The notes beneath the pieces are model-generated. The model made no database searches, was not told the origin of the DNA, and saw only the letters and a list, made by a program, of their open reading frames with translations. A program made the translations under genes and the position numbers. From the IMG/VR virus record IMGVR_UViG_3300042475_000814, positions 1 to 58,312 of that record: a stretch of DNA of 58,312 bases; one strand, 5' to 3'. Positions within the stretch are counted from its first letter, which is position 1, and each line of letters starts with the position of its first letter. This DNA is from a virus (Duplodnaviria; Caudoviricetes). Positions 38,957-49,018 of the stretch are shown here, in pieces.

Positions 38957-41900
38957 ATGCCAATAGCAGAACTATTTGATGGAACAAGGCTAGAGTTTCC
39001 TGAAGATACAGATCCGTCTGTTATTGAGAAAACAGTTAAAAGATTAACTTTAGAACGCCAGCCAAAAAGAAAAGAAAGCTTACTTACTGATGTACAACGT
39101 GGTGCTGAGTCATTTGGATCTAGCGTTAGAGCTGGTATTAGCGGTATATTTGATCCTAATAAGGCGGCAGAAGAAGGCATTACACGGCAAGAAGATATCC
39201 AGCAAAGGCTAGGCGGAGATCAGTCTCGATTAAGTAAAGTTGAGGAGGCGTATAACAAAAAGGGATTACTATCTGCTGCCGGTACAGCACTAGGTGAAAT
39301 TCCGGGCGCAATAGCGGAACAGGTTCCAACACTTGCTACGGCGTTTGGTGGTGCTAGAGTAGGCGCTATGGCTGGTTCGCCTTTAGGTCCGTATGGTGCA
39401 ATTGGTGGCGGTATCGTTGGTACATTCCTACCATTCTTCTTTAGCGAATACGGTGGAAACATACAGCAACAAGCCCAGCTACAAAAAGAAAAGGGTGAGA
39501 AAGTAGACGTAAATGCAGGAAGGGCGGCAGGATTTGCTGTTCCTATGGCCGGTCTAGAAGTAGCAGAAAACTTTATTCCTTTTGGTAAAACTATAGTTGG
39601 CGGTATTTTTGGTAAAGAAGTCTCAGACTTACTAAAGAAGGGCGCTACAAAAGAAGCCGAGCAATTAGCAAAAGAAAAGCTGGCTAAAGAAACATTCCTT
39701 CCTAGTTTACAAAGTAGAGACTTTGGAACAATTGTAAAAGGCACAACAAGAACTGCATTAACAGAAATGCCAGTTGAGATAACTCAGCAAATGTTGGGCA
39801 GAGTACAGTCTGAACAAGACTTGTTTAGCCCAGAAGCTTTGCGTAATTATGGAGAAACGGCGTTTGATGTGGCTCTACTTGGACCTTTAGGTATCTATGG
39901 TAGGTCTGTTAATAAGTCTAAAGCACGAAGCGATATTCTTGAAGCACAAAGAGTTGCCGCCGAGAAGGGCGAATCTCAAGAAGTCCTATTATTAACTTAC
40001 GATCCTAATGTTGAAGGAACAGTTATTAATATTCCTATTCGGGTTAATCCAAATGGGTCTACTGCGTTTCCAAAACAAGAGAATCAATTTAGAGAAAATC
40101 CTGTAGATGAGTTTACAAATGCCGGATTAAAACAAGCATATCCATATCCAAGAACAAAAGAAGTAGAAGGATCTAGATATGCAAATCTTCCACCATCTAC
40201 CCCAACTAGACAGCAAGCAATTGTTCCACCAGTTTTTTACGGGACAGAGGCCGGTCAAGTTGGTCAGTCTGTAGATGATGTTAATCAAGCTCAGATATTT
40301 GAGCAGATTGCTCTTCAGAGACAAGAACAGTTATTGAGGACTGTCACTCCTGATACTTTAAAGGTATTGGGTATTGGTCCGTCCGCTCAAATATATAAGA
40401 ATCCTGCGGTTGTTGGTGCAGATTTAGGCGATCCTAATAAAGCTGCTGTAGTGCGTACAGAGTTATTAAATTTAAGAAATAAAAATAAAAACCCACAAAC
40501 ACAACAGAAAATAGACAAATTCTTAGAGCTTCCGTTCTTTCAAGTATTGCCACCAATTGAAATTACTAAAACACCAGCCGTACAGCCACAAAAGACGCTT
40601 GAATTACAGTCGCCACCCGTAATACAGCCCACGCCTGAAATAAAACCAACACCTATAATACAACCTGAAAAAGTTAAGGAAGAAGCCCCAAGTGGTAACG
40701 TTACCACTTTGCCAATTACCCCAATAGAATCAATAAGTTCCAGCGATAAAAAGCCTAATTTAGAGCCTATTTTAGACGAAATACAGGGCAAAAATGACCC
40801 TACTAAGGTGGATAAATTTGATACTCCATCAATAATTGAAGGGTTACAAACATTTGAAGTACCGGTTGCAGACCTATCGTTATCTAAGGATGTTCCACAA
40901 TTTAAATCGGGCGCATCTAAAGAAGGAGTTGTTGAAGCTCTAGGTGGTAAGTTTGATAGAACGGGCGTAGCACCTATTCAAGTATGGGAAAGATTGGGTG
41001 GCAACCTAGAAATTATCTCAGGAAGACACCGATTTGATTTAGCCAAGCGTAGTGGTGAGCAGACTATACCAGCACAGATTCATAGAGAGGCTGACGGGTT
41101 TAATGTTGAACAGGCAGCGTCATTAGATGCATTACTTAATATCCGTGAAGGACAAGGAAAGGTAAAAGATTATGTACAATTCTTCCAAAGACCGGGCTAC
41201 ACCAGAGAAGAAGCAGAGTCTAGCGGAGTTCTGGCAAGAGCGACAGGCAAAAGGGCGTTCTCCATCGCAACTAACGGAGTCAGTGACCTCGTTGCCTCGC
41301 ATCGTGCCGATCTCATCAGCGATGAAGCGGCCACTCAAATAGCGGAAACCGCACCACAAGATGCTGCATTGCAAAATCTAGGTATAAAGGCGGTGATGGA
41401 TGGTAAGTCTATTACTAACTCCATTAACCTAATGCAAGCAGTTAAGTCTATGACTGGTGATCGTGAATCCACAGGGGACTTGTTTGGGTTTGATGATTCT
41501 GCTATGCGTGAAGCGGAGCAAATGGCAGAGTATGCATCTAAGGTACAGCGTGATTTAGGGCAAAGATTAAGTGCAATAACTGGCGCAGCAAAGAGGCCGG
41601 AGATAGCACGGGCTGAAGGCATTGACGTTAAGGATGAGGCGGCAGTACAAAAACGCATAGAGGAGCTAAGACAAGCAAAGGCTAAATGGGATAGATGGTC
41701 TAGTTACTCTGAGTTAATTGCTGAGATTAGAGAAAACCTAAAGCTTGGTGTTAATAAACCTATTGAGCAAATTGCCCCTAAAGAAGAAGTTAAAACACAG
41801 GCTGAAATTAATCAAGAACGTCAAGCTGCTAAAAGAAAAAAAGCTCCTAAAAAAGATTTTGATTTAAAAGTTACAACTCCAGAAAGTTTAGAACAGGCCG

Positions 41901-44900
41901 AGAAAGAGAAGAAAGCCCAGCAAGATAAAGAAGATAAAGCCAAGAAAGAAGTAGAAGATAAAGAAAAGAAAGATGCTGAGAAGAAAGAAGTTACCGCCCG
42001 TAGTGAAGGCGCAGCTAAAGACTTTGAACTTGGACAGGATGCTGAAGATAATCTTTCCGGTCAAAAGGGTTTGGATTTTGCCAAAGGTTTTATGGGTGAA
42101 ATAGTTGAACCGTCTGATAAAAAGTATTCAGATGGTAGGATTGCTTATAAAAATGGTGACTATGGATTGCTAGAAACAATTCACCCAAAAGGTAAAGTTA
42201 TCTATAAGCCAATGTATAAAGGCACTCTACCAATGTTGCAGATAGAGGTAGATAACGATAACGGTTGGATAAAGAAATTTATTCCTCCTGATATGGCTAA
42301 AGACTTATTGGCTGCAACAAAGTTCTTAAAACAACAAGCAAAAGATAAACACGAAAAAACTCCATTTATAAAGTACAAAAATGGAATAGCTGTATCTTCT
42401 GATGTTTCAAAAGATTTGGCGGGAGTTATTGCCGGCTGGAAAGATATGCTTGGCTTAACGGGTAATATTTACGTCACTACATTTAATGATGTTAAGAAAA
42501 ACTATAACAATTTTACCGGTTCAGATATTGCCGCTAGAAGAGTTATGGCAAATGTAAGCAAAAACGACAAGGGTGTTGCTTATGAAGTTGGGAATGGAAA
42601 TTTTGTTGTAGCGTTTAGAGAGCTTCCATCAAAGAACGCAACATTCGAAATCATAGCGCACGAGCTTGGTCACGTTCACGAAAAACAAGTGTACGCAAAC
42701 GCCCCGCAAGCTGTAAAAAATGCGTTACAAGCAGAACATAATAAGTTTCTAATGGGTTTAAAAGGTAAGACAGGTAGAAATTTAATTGATGCTTTACGAG
42801 CTAGGAAGATGGGTAAGACCACTGCTGGCGGAGAGAATATTCAATTTGAAAATGTTGAAAGATACTGGAAGTCTTTTGCTGAATGGTATGCAGATCAAAC
42901 AGCTAAGTGGGCAACTACACAAGAAAAGCCTTTAACTGTTGTAGAAAGATTTTTTAGCCGGCTTGGTGCTGCACTGCGTCAATTTTATCAAAAACTGCGC
43001 AATCAAAAGTACTTACCTACTGAGACATTTAAAACTTACATGGATAGCGTTACTAAAGAAGTTGGTAACTCTAACTTTAATCCGGAAACGATAGAGCCGA
43101 TAAGCACAAAATCACAGCAGAGTTTATTTGCAAAAGAAGAAATAAAAGAAAAAACAAAAGGTGTTGCTGGATATACTCCAGAACGAATAGACTCTATATT
43201 TAATTATTATTCCGTTTCTGGTCGGCCTACAACAGCTAAAGCATATATTGCATATATAAATCCTATGGATTTTGTTAATGCAACAACTACAAAGGATATG
43301 CGAAAGATATTAGACAAGGAAGTTACAAAATTAGATCCCCAAAAACTTGCTGAAGAATATCAAGAAATATATTTAGATATTGATTTAATTAATGGCAAGG
43401 CAGTTATAAAACAACATGAAGGCCGGCACAGAATGTTAGCTCTTGCAAATGCTGGAATTGAGCAAGTTCCTGTTGTTATTAATACAAGAGATTGGAATCC
43501 AAAAGCAGAAGTTATAGATTCTTTAGACATTAAAGGTCAAAAATTTAGTTCAATCAGCGCATATGATAAAGATGGAAAACCTTATCCTGAAAGTGGAGAA
43601 ACTTTAAATGTTAAAAATTTAATTCCCATAAGTGGAGAATATAAACAATATGCAAAGGAGGCTTTTTCTGAAAATGATTCAACTTTGCAATTTGCATTAG
43701 ATTCTATGGATGGTGTAGATCTACAATACGCTGATAAATTAAGAACTAGATTTGGACCAACTAAAAAATCTACGATTAAAGAAAAGTTTGCAGAGTTAAA
43801 ACCTAATTTCTTTGACCGGTTAATTACTGGCTTATTTGACGAGTTTTATGCTATTAAAAAGTATAGCCAAGATGCTTACATGAAGGCGGTATTGTCTAAG
43901 TCTGTCGATGGCGGGCTTGATGGACTTCTAATGCAAGGACAGGTATACATAAAAGACGGTGCGCTAGATATAAGACAGGGAACAAAAGGTTTACTTGAAA
44001 TAATGAAGCCGTTAGGCACAGACGTAGAACGATATCAAGTATGGAAAGCCCTAAACCGTGACGCAGAAGTAGCTAAGAAATATAACGCTTGGAAGGCGTT
44101 AGCCCCTAAAGATCGTGGTAAAGAGCCGGCAAGTCCATCATTTCCAGCGGCCGAAGTTGCAAGGCGTAATGAGTTACTTAAAGGTGATATTGATGGTAAG
44201 CCACGAGGTGGATTATATAGAACAGCCTTAAATGAAGAGAACGCATTAAACCGTTCTGTCCTAGACGTAGCAAAACAACAAGGCGTTATAGACCAAGAAG
44301 CCTACAATCGGTTTGCTAATGACATATATTACATTCCATTTTATAAAGAAATGGAAGATGGAAATATTGTGTCCGTACAGGATTCGTCAAAACTAACTGG
44401 TCAGTACTTCTCAAAAGCTTTGAAAGGTGGAGAGAAGGAACGGATGGGTGATTTGATGGAGAACGTGTTGCGTAACTGGTCGCATATTCTTTCTGCCTCG
44501 ATGAAAAATGCGGCTGCTAATTCTACCTTATTGGCTGCGGAAAATTTACAAGCTGCTGTACAAGTCAAGAGTACTTACGAAGGTAAGAATGTTATTACTA
44601 CTATGATGAATGGTAAGAAGGCATACTTTGCCGTAAACGATCCTGACTTAGTAGAGTCTATTTCATTAATTAGTTTTCTTGGTCCAAAGTCTCCGTTCTT
44701 AGATATAGCAAAAGGATTTACCAACGCCCTCCGGTTTGGTGTTACATTATCACCCGGCTATAAAATTAGAAACTTGTTCCGTGATACGATTGCATCCGCA
44801 GGTATAAGCCCTGTAGGTCTTAACGTCTTAGATAACGTACAACGTGGACTTAAGCTCAGTGATCGTGGCAATCCAACCTTTATTTCCGCTTTAGCTGGTG

Positions 44901-46321
44901 GTGGCGTGTTTGAGTTAGGCGCTGCGCATGAAGGTGATCAGGCAGCCTTGATTAAAAGATTGATAAATAAAGGTACAAAAAAAGATACCATACTTACTGA
45001 TCCGTCTCAAATAAAGAATATCCTTGTTGATATGTACGAGCGTTATAACGAGTTTGGCAACAGGTTTGAAAACGCCAACCGTCTAGCCTTGTATCAGAAG
45101 ATGATTGATGAAGGTAAGACTCATTTAGAGGCATCATTTGCCGCGAGGGATCTATTAAACTTTACTGGCCAAGGATCTTTCCGTGCGGTTAAGCTTGTCT
45201 CTCAATTAGTGCCATTCTTTAATACTCGGTTACAAGGTCTATATAAGCTCGGTAGAGATGGGGTTACACCTACCTATCGTGTTCTATGTAATATGTCCAC
45301 AGGCAAGCCTATAGAAGAATCAGACAGGCTTAAAGCGCAAAGGTTCTCAATAGTATCTAGTGCGGTCATGCTGGCATCTATGGGCTTATACATGGCCTAT
45401 GAGGATGACGAAGACTTTAAGAAACGTGAAGATTGGGATCGTGATAATTTCTGGTGGTTTAAGGTTGGTGACACAGCATATCGTCTACCAAAACCGTTTG
45501 AAATAGGTGCGTTAGGTACGATAGCAGAGCGGTCATTAGAGCAAATCCGTGATGAAGATGTAGAGGGTAAAGTCTTTTACAATAGGATGAAAGCTATTAT
45601 TGTAGATACATTATCTTTAAATCCAACTCCTCAAGTTGTTAAGCCGTTGATTGATATTTACGCTAACAAAGATAGCTTTACAGGTGCGCCTATAGAGACT
45701 TCCGGTATGGAAAGACTTTCTAAACAGGAACGGTTTAGTAATAACACAAGTGAATTAGCCAAGGCGTTAGGCGGCATTTCTAGCGGAGCGTCTAAGATAT
45801 TAACCATGAATCCTGAAGCACAGGGCATTTCTCCTGTACAGATGGATTACGCAATCAAGACATACTTTGGCTGGTTAGGTTCTACTGTAGCGTCTGTATC
45901 TGACAAAGCGGTACAACCGTTTAGTGAGATAGAAAAACCCGGCAAGCCAGCGTTAGATCAGTATGCTCTTGGGTTTGCTAAAGAGTTACCAGAAGCGCAG
46001 TCTAAGTATGTAACTAACTTCTATGAGAATAGTAACCGGATCAACCAAGCATTTGCAGATATGAAGCGTTATGCAGAGCAGGGTGAGATGGAAAAGGTTG
46101 CTGAAATAATGGCAGAAAAGGGTAATTTAATTGCGCTAGAGAAGATATACAATCAAACAACAGATCAATTAGCGTCTTATAGAAGATATATAAATATGAT
46201 AACCAATAATAAAGAAATGTCAAAAGAGGATAAAGAGAATGAGATTATTCGCATGAAAGTCTTGATCTCACAGGCGGCAGAAAATGCCGAGAAAATAAGG
46301 AAGTCAATTAACCGACAATAG
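38957..46321 (+). CDS. Giant polyvalent virion protein (two ParB-like domains, HExxH peptidase-like, LPD38-like C-terminus)
   Basis: IISGRHRF (~41.0 kb), IAHELGH (~42.66 kb), HEGRHRMLAL (~43.4 kb), LPKPFEIG / NKDSFTGAPI. Confidence 0.75.
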   Translation: MPIAELFDGTRLEFPEDTDPSVIEKTVKRLTLERQPKRKESLLTDVQRGAESFGSSVRAGISGIFDPNKAAEEGITRQEDIQQRLGGDQSRLSKVEEAYNKKGLLSAAGTALGEIPGAIAEQVPTLATAFGGARVGAMAGSPLGPYGAIGGGIVGTFLPFFFSEYGGNIQQQAQLQKEKGEKVDVNAGRAAGFAVPMAGLEVAENFIPFGKTIVGGIFGKEVSDLLKKGATKEAEQLAKEKLAKETFLPSLQSRDFGTIVKGTTRTALTEMPVEITQQMLGRVQSEQDLFSPEALRNYGETAFDVALLGPLGIYGRSVNKSKARSDILEAQRVAAEKGESQEVLLLTYDPNVEGTVINIPIRVNPNGSTAFPKQENQFRENPVDEFTNAGLKQAYPYPRTKEVEGSRYANLPPSTPTRQQAIVPPVFYGTEAGQVGQSVDDVNQAQIFEQIALQRQEQLLRTVTPDTLKVLGIGPSAQIYKNPAVVGADLGDPNKAAVVRTELLNLRNKNKNPQTQQKIDKFLELPFFQVLPPIEITKTPAVQPQKTLELQSPPVIQPTPEIKPTPIIQPEKVKEEAPSGNVTTLPITPIESISSSDKKPNLEPILDEIQGKNDPTKVDKFDTPSIIEGLQTFEVPVADLSLSKDVPQFKSGASKEGVVEALGGKFDRTGVAPIQVWERLGGNLEIISGRHRFDLAKRSGEQTIPAQIHREADGFNVEQAASLDALLNIREGQGKVKDYVQFFQRPGYTREEAESSGVLARATGKRAFSIATNGVSDLVASHRADLISDEAATQIAETAPQDAALQNLGIKAVMDGKSITNSINLMQAVKSMTGDRESTGDLFGFDDSAMREAEQMAEYASKVQRDLGQRLSAITGAAKRPEIARAEGIDVKDEAAVQKRIEELRQAKAKWDRWSSYSELIAEIRENLKLGVNKPIEQIAPKEEVKTQAEINQERQAAKRKKAPKKDFDLKVTTPESLEQAEKEKKAQQDKEDKAKKEVEDKEKKDAEKKEVTARSEGAAKDFELGQDAEDNLSGQKGLDFAKGFMGEIVEPSDKKYSDGRIAYKNGDYGLLETIHPKGKVIYKPMYKGTLPMLQIEVDNDNGWIKKFIPPDMAKDLLAATKFLKQQAKDKHEKTPFIKYKNGIAVSSDVSKDLAGVIAGWKDMLGLTGNIYVTTFNDVKKNYNNFTGSDIAARRVMANVSKNDKGVAYEVGNGNFVVAFRELPSKNATFEIIAHELGHVHEKQVYANAPQAVKNALQAEHNKFLMGLKGKTGRNLIDALRARKMGKTTAGGENIQFENVERYWKSFAEWYADQTAKWATTQEKPLTVVERFFSRLGAALRQFYQKLRNQKYLPTETFKTYMDSVTKEVGNSNFNPETIEPISTKSQQSLFAKEEIKEKTKGVAGYTPERIDSIFNYYSVSGRPTTAKAYIAYINPMDFVNATTTKDMRKILDKEVTKLDPQKLAEEYQEIYLDIDLINGKAVIKQHEGRHRMLALANAGIEQVPVVINTRDWNPKAEVIDSLDIKGQKFSSISAYDKDGKPYPESGETLNVKNLIPISGEYKQYAKEAFSENDSTLQFALDSMDGVDLQYADKLRTRFGPTKKSTIKEKFAELKPNFFDRLITGLFDEFYAIKKYSQDAYMKAVLSKSVDGGLDGLLMQGQVYIKDGALDIRQGTKGLLEIMKPLGTDVERYQVWKALNRDAEVAKKYNAWKALAPKDRGKEPASPSFPAAEVARRNELLKGDIDGKPRGGLYRTALNEENALNRSVLDVAKQQGVIDQEAYNRFANDIYYIPFYKEMEDGNIVSVQDSSKLTGQYFSKALKGGEKERMGDLMENVLRNWSHILSASMKNAAANSTLLAAENLQAAVQVKSTYEGKNVITTMMNGKKAYFAVNDPDLVESISLISFLGPKSPFLDIAKGFTNALRFGVTLSPGYKIRNLFRDTIASAGISPVGLNVLDNVQRGLKLSDRGNPTFISALAGGGVFELGAAHEGDQAALIKRLINKGTKKDTILTDPSQIKNILVDMYERYNEFGNRFENANRLALYQKMIDEGKTHLEASFAARDLLNFTGQGSFRAVKLVSQLVPFFNTRLQGLYKLGRDGVTPTYRVLCNMSTGKPIEESDRLKAQRFSIVSSAVMLASMGLYMAYEDDEDFKKREDWDRDNFWWFKVGDTAYRLPKPFEIGALGTIAERSLEQIRDEDVEGKVFYNRMKAIIVDTLSLNPTPQVVKPLIDIYANKDSFTGAPIETSGMERLSKQERFSNNTSELAKALGGISSGASKILTMNPEAQGISPVQMDYAIKTYFGWLGSTVASVSDKAVQPFSEIEKPGKPALDQYALGFAKELPEAQSKYVTNFYENSNRINQAFADMKRYAEQGEMEKVAEIMAEKGNLIALEKIYNQTTDQLASYRRYINMITNNKEMSKEDKENEIIRMKVLISQAAENAEKIRKSINRQ
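40690..40709. repeat. Palindrome copy 2 (20-bp AAGTGGTAACGTTACCACTT)
   Basis: Direct reading; different codon phase from copies 1 and 3. Confidence 0.95.
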
Positions 46322-46591
46322 ATCGTTCTCAAACAGCCAACCTATAGTCTTCCGGTGGGATTCGTCCCACATTTCTACACGCTCTTGTTTAGACATTTTT
46401 GTACCCTGATCAAGCTCCATGTGGCAACCGTAGCATAGCGCTGCAATGCGATAATCGTGCGCTTTGATACCACGCCCTTTCCCGTCACGGAGCTGGTTAC
46501 TGTGCGCCGCTACTACTGTCCCATCCTGAGTCCCGCAGTATTGGCAAGGGGACTTCCTGACTATCTCTAATAACTTCTTGTTTCTGTACAT
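46304..46591 (-). CDS. DUF1364/YbcO-like His-Me finger nuclease
   Basis: CQYCG, AAHSN, GKGRGIKAHD, CYGCH..LD. Confidence 0.75.
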   Translation of the reverse strand: MYRNKKLLEIVRKSPCQYCGTQDGTVVAAHSNQLRDGKGRGIKAHDYRIAALCYGCHMELDQGTKMSKQERVEMWDESHRKTIGWLFENDLLSVN

Positions 46592-46644
46592 ATATAGCCC
46601 CGTCTAGTTCGGTTAAGACATACCCCATCGAGGCGTATTCTTTT

Positions 46645-46827
46645 TCAACATCTGCCATCTTCATCTTCATAAACAATCCGTTTAGCAGTTTCGTACAGTT
46701 TCATTACTAATCTAGCATTAATAGATATAGGAGTTCCATGCTCGTCAATAAACTTAACATACTCATCATGGTCTACAATACCTGTGCCGTCTTCAATATA
46801 CACGCCATCATCTAAAACAATCATCAT
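46645..46827 (-). CDS. Hypothetical protein
   Basis: ORF track, AAGGAG SD. Confidence 0.6.
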   Translation of the reverse strand: MMIVLDDGVYIEDGTGIVDHDEYVKFIDEHGTPISINARLVMKLYETAKRIVYEDEDGRC

Positions 46828-46842
46828 TTCTCCTTTAGGTTA

Positions 46843-46960
46843 GGTGGCCGGATATGTAGATTACCTGCCGGCCTCAAGCTTGTGAGGTGTAAGTGATGCC
46901 AATTTTCACGGGGGTACACCACTTACTGTGCTAATGGCGCTTCGTATCTACAAGACTAAT
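46843..46960 (-). ncRNA. Candidate structured intergenic RNA
   Basis: Four complementary segment pairs within a 160-bp gap. Confidence 0.4.
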
Positions 46961-46986
46961 CGCTGAACACTAAAAATATCAACCCC

Positions 46987-47307
46987 CTAATTCTTCCTAC
47001 TTTTAAGTAAAATTTTAATCAATTCTGGTATATCTTCTTTTAATTTAATAAAACTTTTTACCCTTAAATAACTAGAAGATAGGCATTGCCCGTTTGGTAA
47101 ATACATAGATCCAGTAATAACGTCCATAAATCGGAATCCAGTAGTAAATACAAATGGACAAAAGTGCCTATTTCCTATTGGTGTTTCACCTACATAAACA
47201 TTTTTATTTTTAAGCCAGTTTTTCATTACAGCTTTATCTGGACTGTTTAATGGGAAACATTTGTTTGCTGGGGCAAACGTATTCGATTCAGTGCAATAGT
47301 CAGTCAT
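46987..47307 (-). CDS. Hypothetical protein (MDVITGSMY..GQC motif)
   Basis: ORF track. Confidence 0.65.
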   Translation of the reverse strand: MTDYCTESNTFAPANKCFPLNSPDKAVMKNWLKNKNVYVGETPIGNRHFCPFVFTTGFRFMDVITGSMYLPNGQCLSSSYLRVKSFIKLKEDIPELIKILLKSRKN

Positions 47308-47443
47308 TAAGTGCTTTCTCTAGTTGTTCAATTTGATACTTTAAGTCTTTAATTAGATATTGAAATTCATAAATCATTTTATCTTTAGTTAAACACTCGG
47401 CCTGTAGTTCGGCTATTGTTTTGTAGTACTCAAGTTCTGTCAT
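47300..47443 (-). CDS. Small coiled-coil protein
   Basis: ORF track 47300..47494, start moved. Confidence 0.5.
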   Translation of the reverse strand: MTELEYYKTIAELQAECLTKDKMIYEFQYLIKDLKYQIEQLEKALND

Positions 47444-47672
47444 ATACCATCGCCCAGTGTTCGATAGCAACCTTAATCTTTTGAGCGGAAACAAGTATAG
47501 CTGTTGTACGCAAATCGTAAGCCATTACTTGTGCTAATGCAATTACATCCGCAGCCGAATATTTTATATCCTCCTTTTCTAACAAAGCCCTAGCAAAGAA
47601 AAAATAATCCTCTGCTGTAGTTTTTGATTGTGAATATAACGTTTCCCAGCCGGCTTCTATATTTTCACTCAT
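47430..47672 (-). CDS. Hypothetical protein
   Basis: ORF track. Confidence 0.6.
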   Translation of the reverse strand: MSENIEAGWETLYSQSKTTAEDYFFFARALLEKEDIKYSAADVIALAQVMAYDLRTTAILVSAQKIKVAIEHWAMVYDRT

Positions 47673-47696
47673 TTAGTTCTCTCTTTCTTTAAGGTT

Positions 47697-47909
47697 TTAC
47701 TTCGAATTAAGTGCTTTTGATGCTACAGAAATTACAAGGTTTAAATGTTCAATCTCTTCTTCATCCTTTTGTCGTTGTTTCTTAATGGCTAAATTCCAAG
47801 CTCTTTGCCAAGCCGACCAAGCAACCTGTGCGCTTGTGTTAGCGTAAGACCTACCTTCGTGAGCTAGTGAAATCTTGCCATGCGCCCATTCTTCAAAATC
47901 TTTTTTCAT
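47697..47909 (-). CDS. Hypothetical protein (FEEW...AWSAWQ)
   Basis: ORF track. Confidence 0.65.
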   Translation of the reverse strand: MKKDFEEWAHGKISLAHEGRSYANTSAQVAWSAWQRAWNLAIKKQRQKDEEEIEHLNLVISVASKALNSK

Positions 47910-48085
47910 TTACCCCTCTTTTCTATTAGTTTGCCACCGTTGTGATATCCAAGAAATTTAATTTTGTTTCTTTTAATGTCATAGACAAGTTTTATGTTTG
48001 GTGAGCCAGCGCACTCAAAGTCAGTTAAAAATTTTTTACTTATTGGTTCATACCAAAAATATAAAGTTTCTTGATACTTGTTCAT
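47906..48085 (-). CDS. Hypothetical protein
   Basis: ORF track, start moved. Confidence 0.55.
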   Translation of the reverse strand: MNKYQETLYFWYEPISKKFLTDFECAGSPNIKLVYDIKRNKIKFLGYHNGGKLIEKRGK

Positions 48086-48375
48086 TTCTCCCCCGCTCTT
48101 TCTAATATTTCCCTGATACATTGCAAATGCAACCAGTCACAATGCTTTGCATCAAAGTATTTGCCATACACTTGTTTTATCTCATCATCGGACATTTCAC
48201 GCTGTTGCTTAACCATTGCGCAAATTAATTTCCACTCCTCAAGCGTAGGCAAGATGTCAGGGTTCATGGTTAACTCACGCATTGGATGGGTATAAAGTGG
48301 AATATGGTAAATCTCGTCTTTAACTACACTGAAAAGTAATTCGTTCGATGCCATCCACGCTACTGGCTTAGTCAT
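48082..48375 (-). CDS. Hypothetical protein (PVAWM...PLYTHP)
   Basis: Recurrent phage accessory motif. Confidence 0.7.
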   Translation of the reverse strand: MTKPVAWMASNELLFSVVKDEIYHIPLYTHPMRELTMNPDILPTLEEWKLICAMVKQQREMSDDEIKQVYGKYFDAKHCDWLHLQCIREILERAGEK

Positions 48376-48584
48376 TTCTCTCTCGCTTTCATCATAATGT
48401 CAGCCAGCTTGTAGGATGTTTTAAAGGTTTCTAACGCATCAAACCCTCGACCTTCTACAATTAACTTTAATTGATTGGTAGCAAATTGGATGGCAAAGTA
48501 ATCTCTTAAATCCATACCGCTACTCTCTTTAACACCAACTATATCGTTTCTGTAAATCGGTTCAGTACTTGGAAATGCTTTCAT
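48372..48584 (-). CDS. Small protein, GMDLRDYFA family
   Basis: AFP...GMDLRDYFA...Y.LAD.MMKAR. Confidence 0.75.
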   Translation of the reverse strand: MKAFPSTEPIYRNDIVGVKESSGMDLRDYFAIQFATNQLKLIVEGRGFDALETFKTSYKLADIMMKAREK

Positions 48585-49018
48585 TTTTCAATTGCCTCCT
48601 TTAAAACTGCTTTTGCAAAAGCTATTGGATCTTTACGAAACTCATCCGTTCTGTTTGCATACGCTAAGTCAAATACTAAATCAAGAATTTTTATGTCTTG
48701 CTCTTCAACCAATTTACGCAACGCTTCTATTTCAATCTTTTGTTGACTGATAATGTAATCCTTGATGTGTTTGTCTACCTCTAAATTGCTTGGAGTTACC
48801 TCTAAACTTTTTGGATCTGTCTTTAAATATAGGCCGTGTTTGGCAAGTTTTTCTTTTATGTGATTGTGCGTACCTTTTGCTAAGTTAAGTATTCTTAACA
48901 AATCTTTTTCGTACAATATTAAATCTTCTATGGTTTTTATATCTGAACCATGTTTCAAACAATTCATAGCTCTAACATTTAAACCTAAAGCACTGATTGG
49001 TAATTTAATATCTATCAC
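48581..49018 (-). CDS. RNA polymerase alpha-subunit C-terminal-domain-like protein with coiled coil
   Basis: PISALGLNVRAMNCLK...IKTIEDL...DLLRILNLAKGT..HIKEKLAKHGL aligns with RpoA-CTD. Confidence 0.75.
   Translation of the reverse strand: MIDIKLPISALGLNVRAMNCLKHGSDIKTIEDLILYEKDLLRILNLAKGTHNHIKEKLAKHGLYLKTDPKSLEVTPSNLEVDKHIKDYIISQQKIEIEALRKLVEEQDIKILDLVFDLAYANRTDEFRKDPIAFAKAVLKEAIEK

Noticed and set aside
7603-46223. Minus-strand and out-of-frame ORFs nested in late genes (e.g. 7603..7950, 19337..19756, 27862..28224, 39220..39744)
   Set aside because: Overlap well-supported plus-strand genes; no recognisable motifs
46846-46952. HDV-like ribozyme (GGCCGG...CCGGCC)
   Set aside because: Only about 6 nt are available where P3/L3 needs about 13; kept only as a generic structured element
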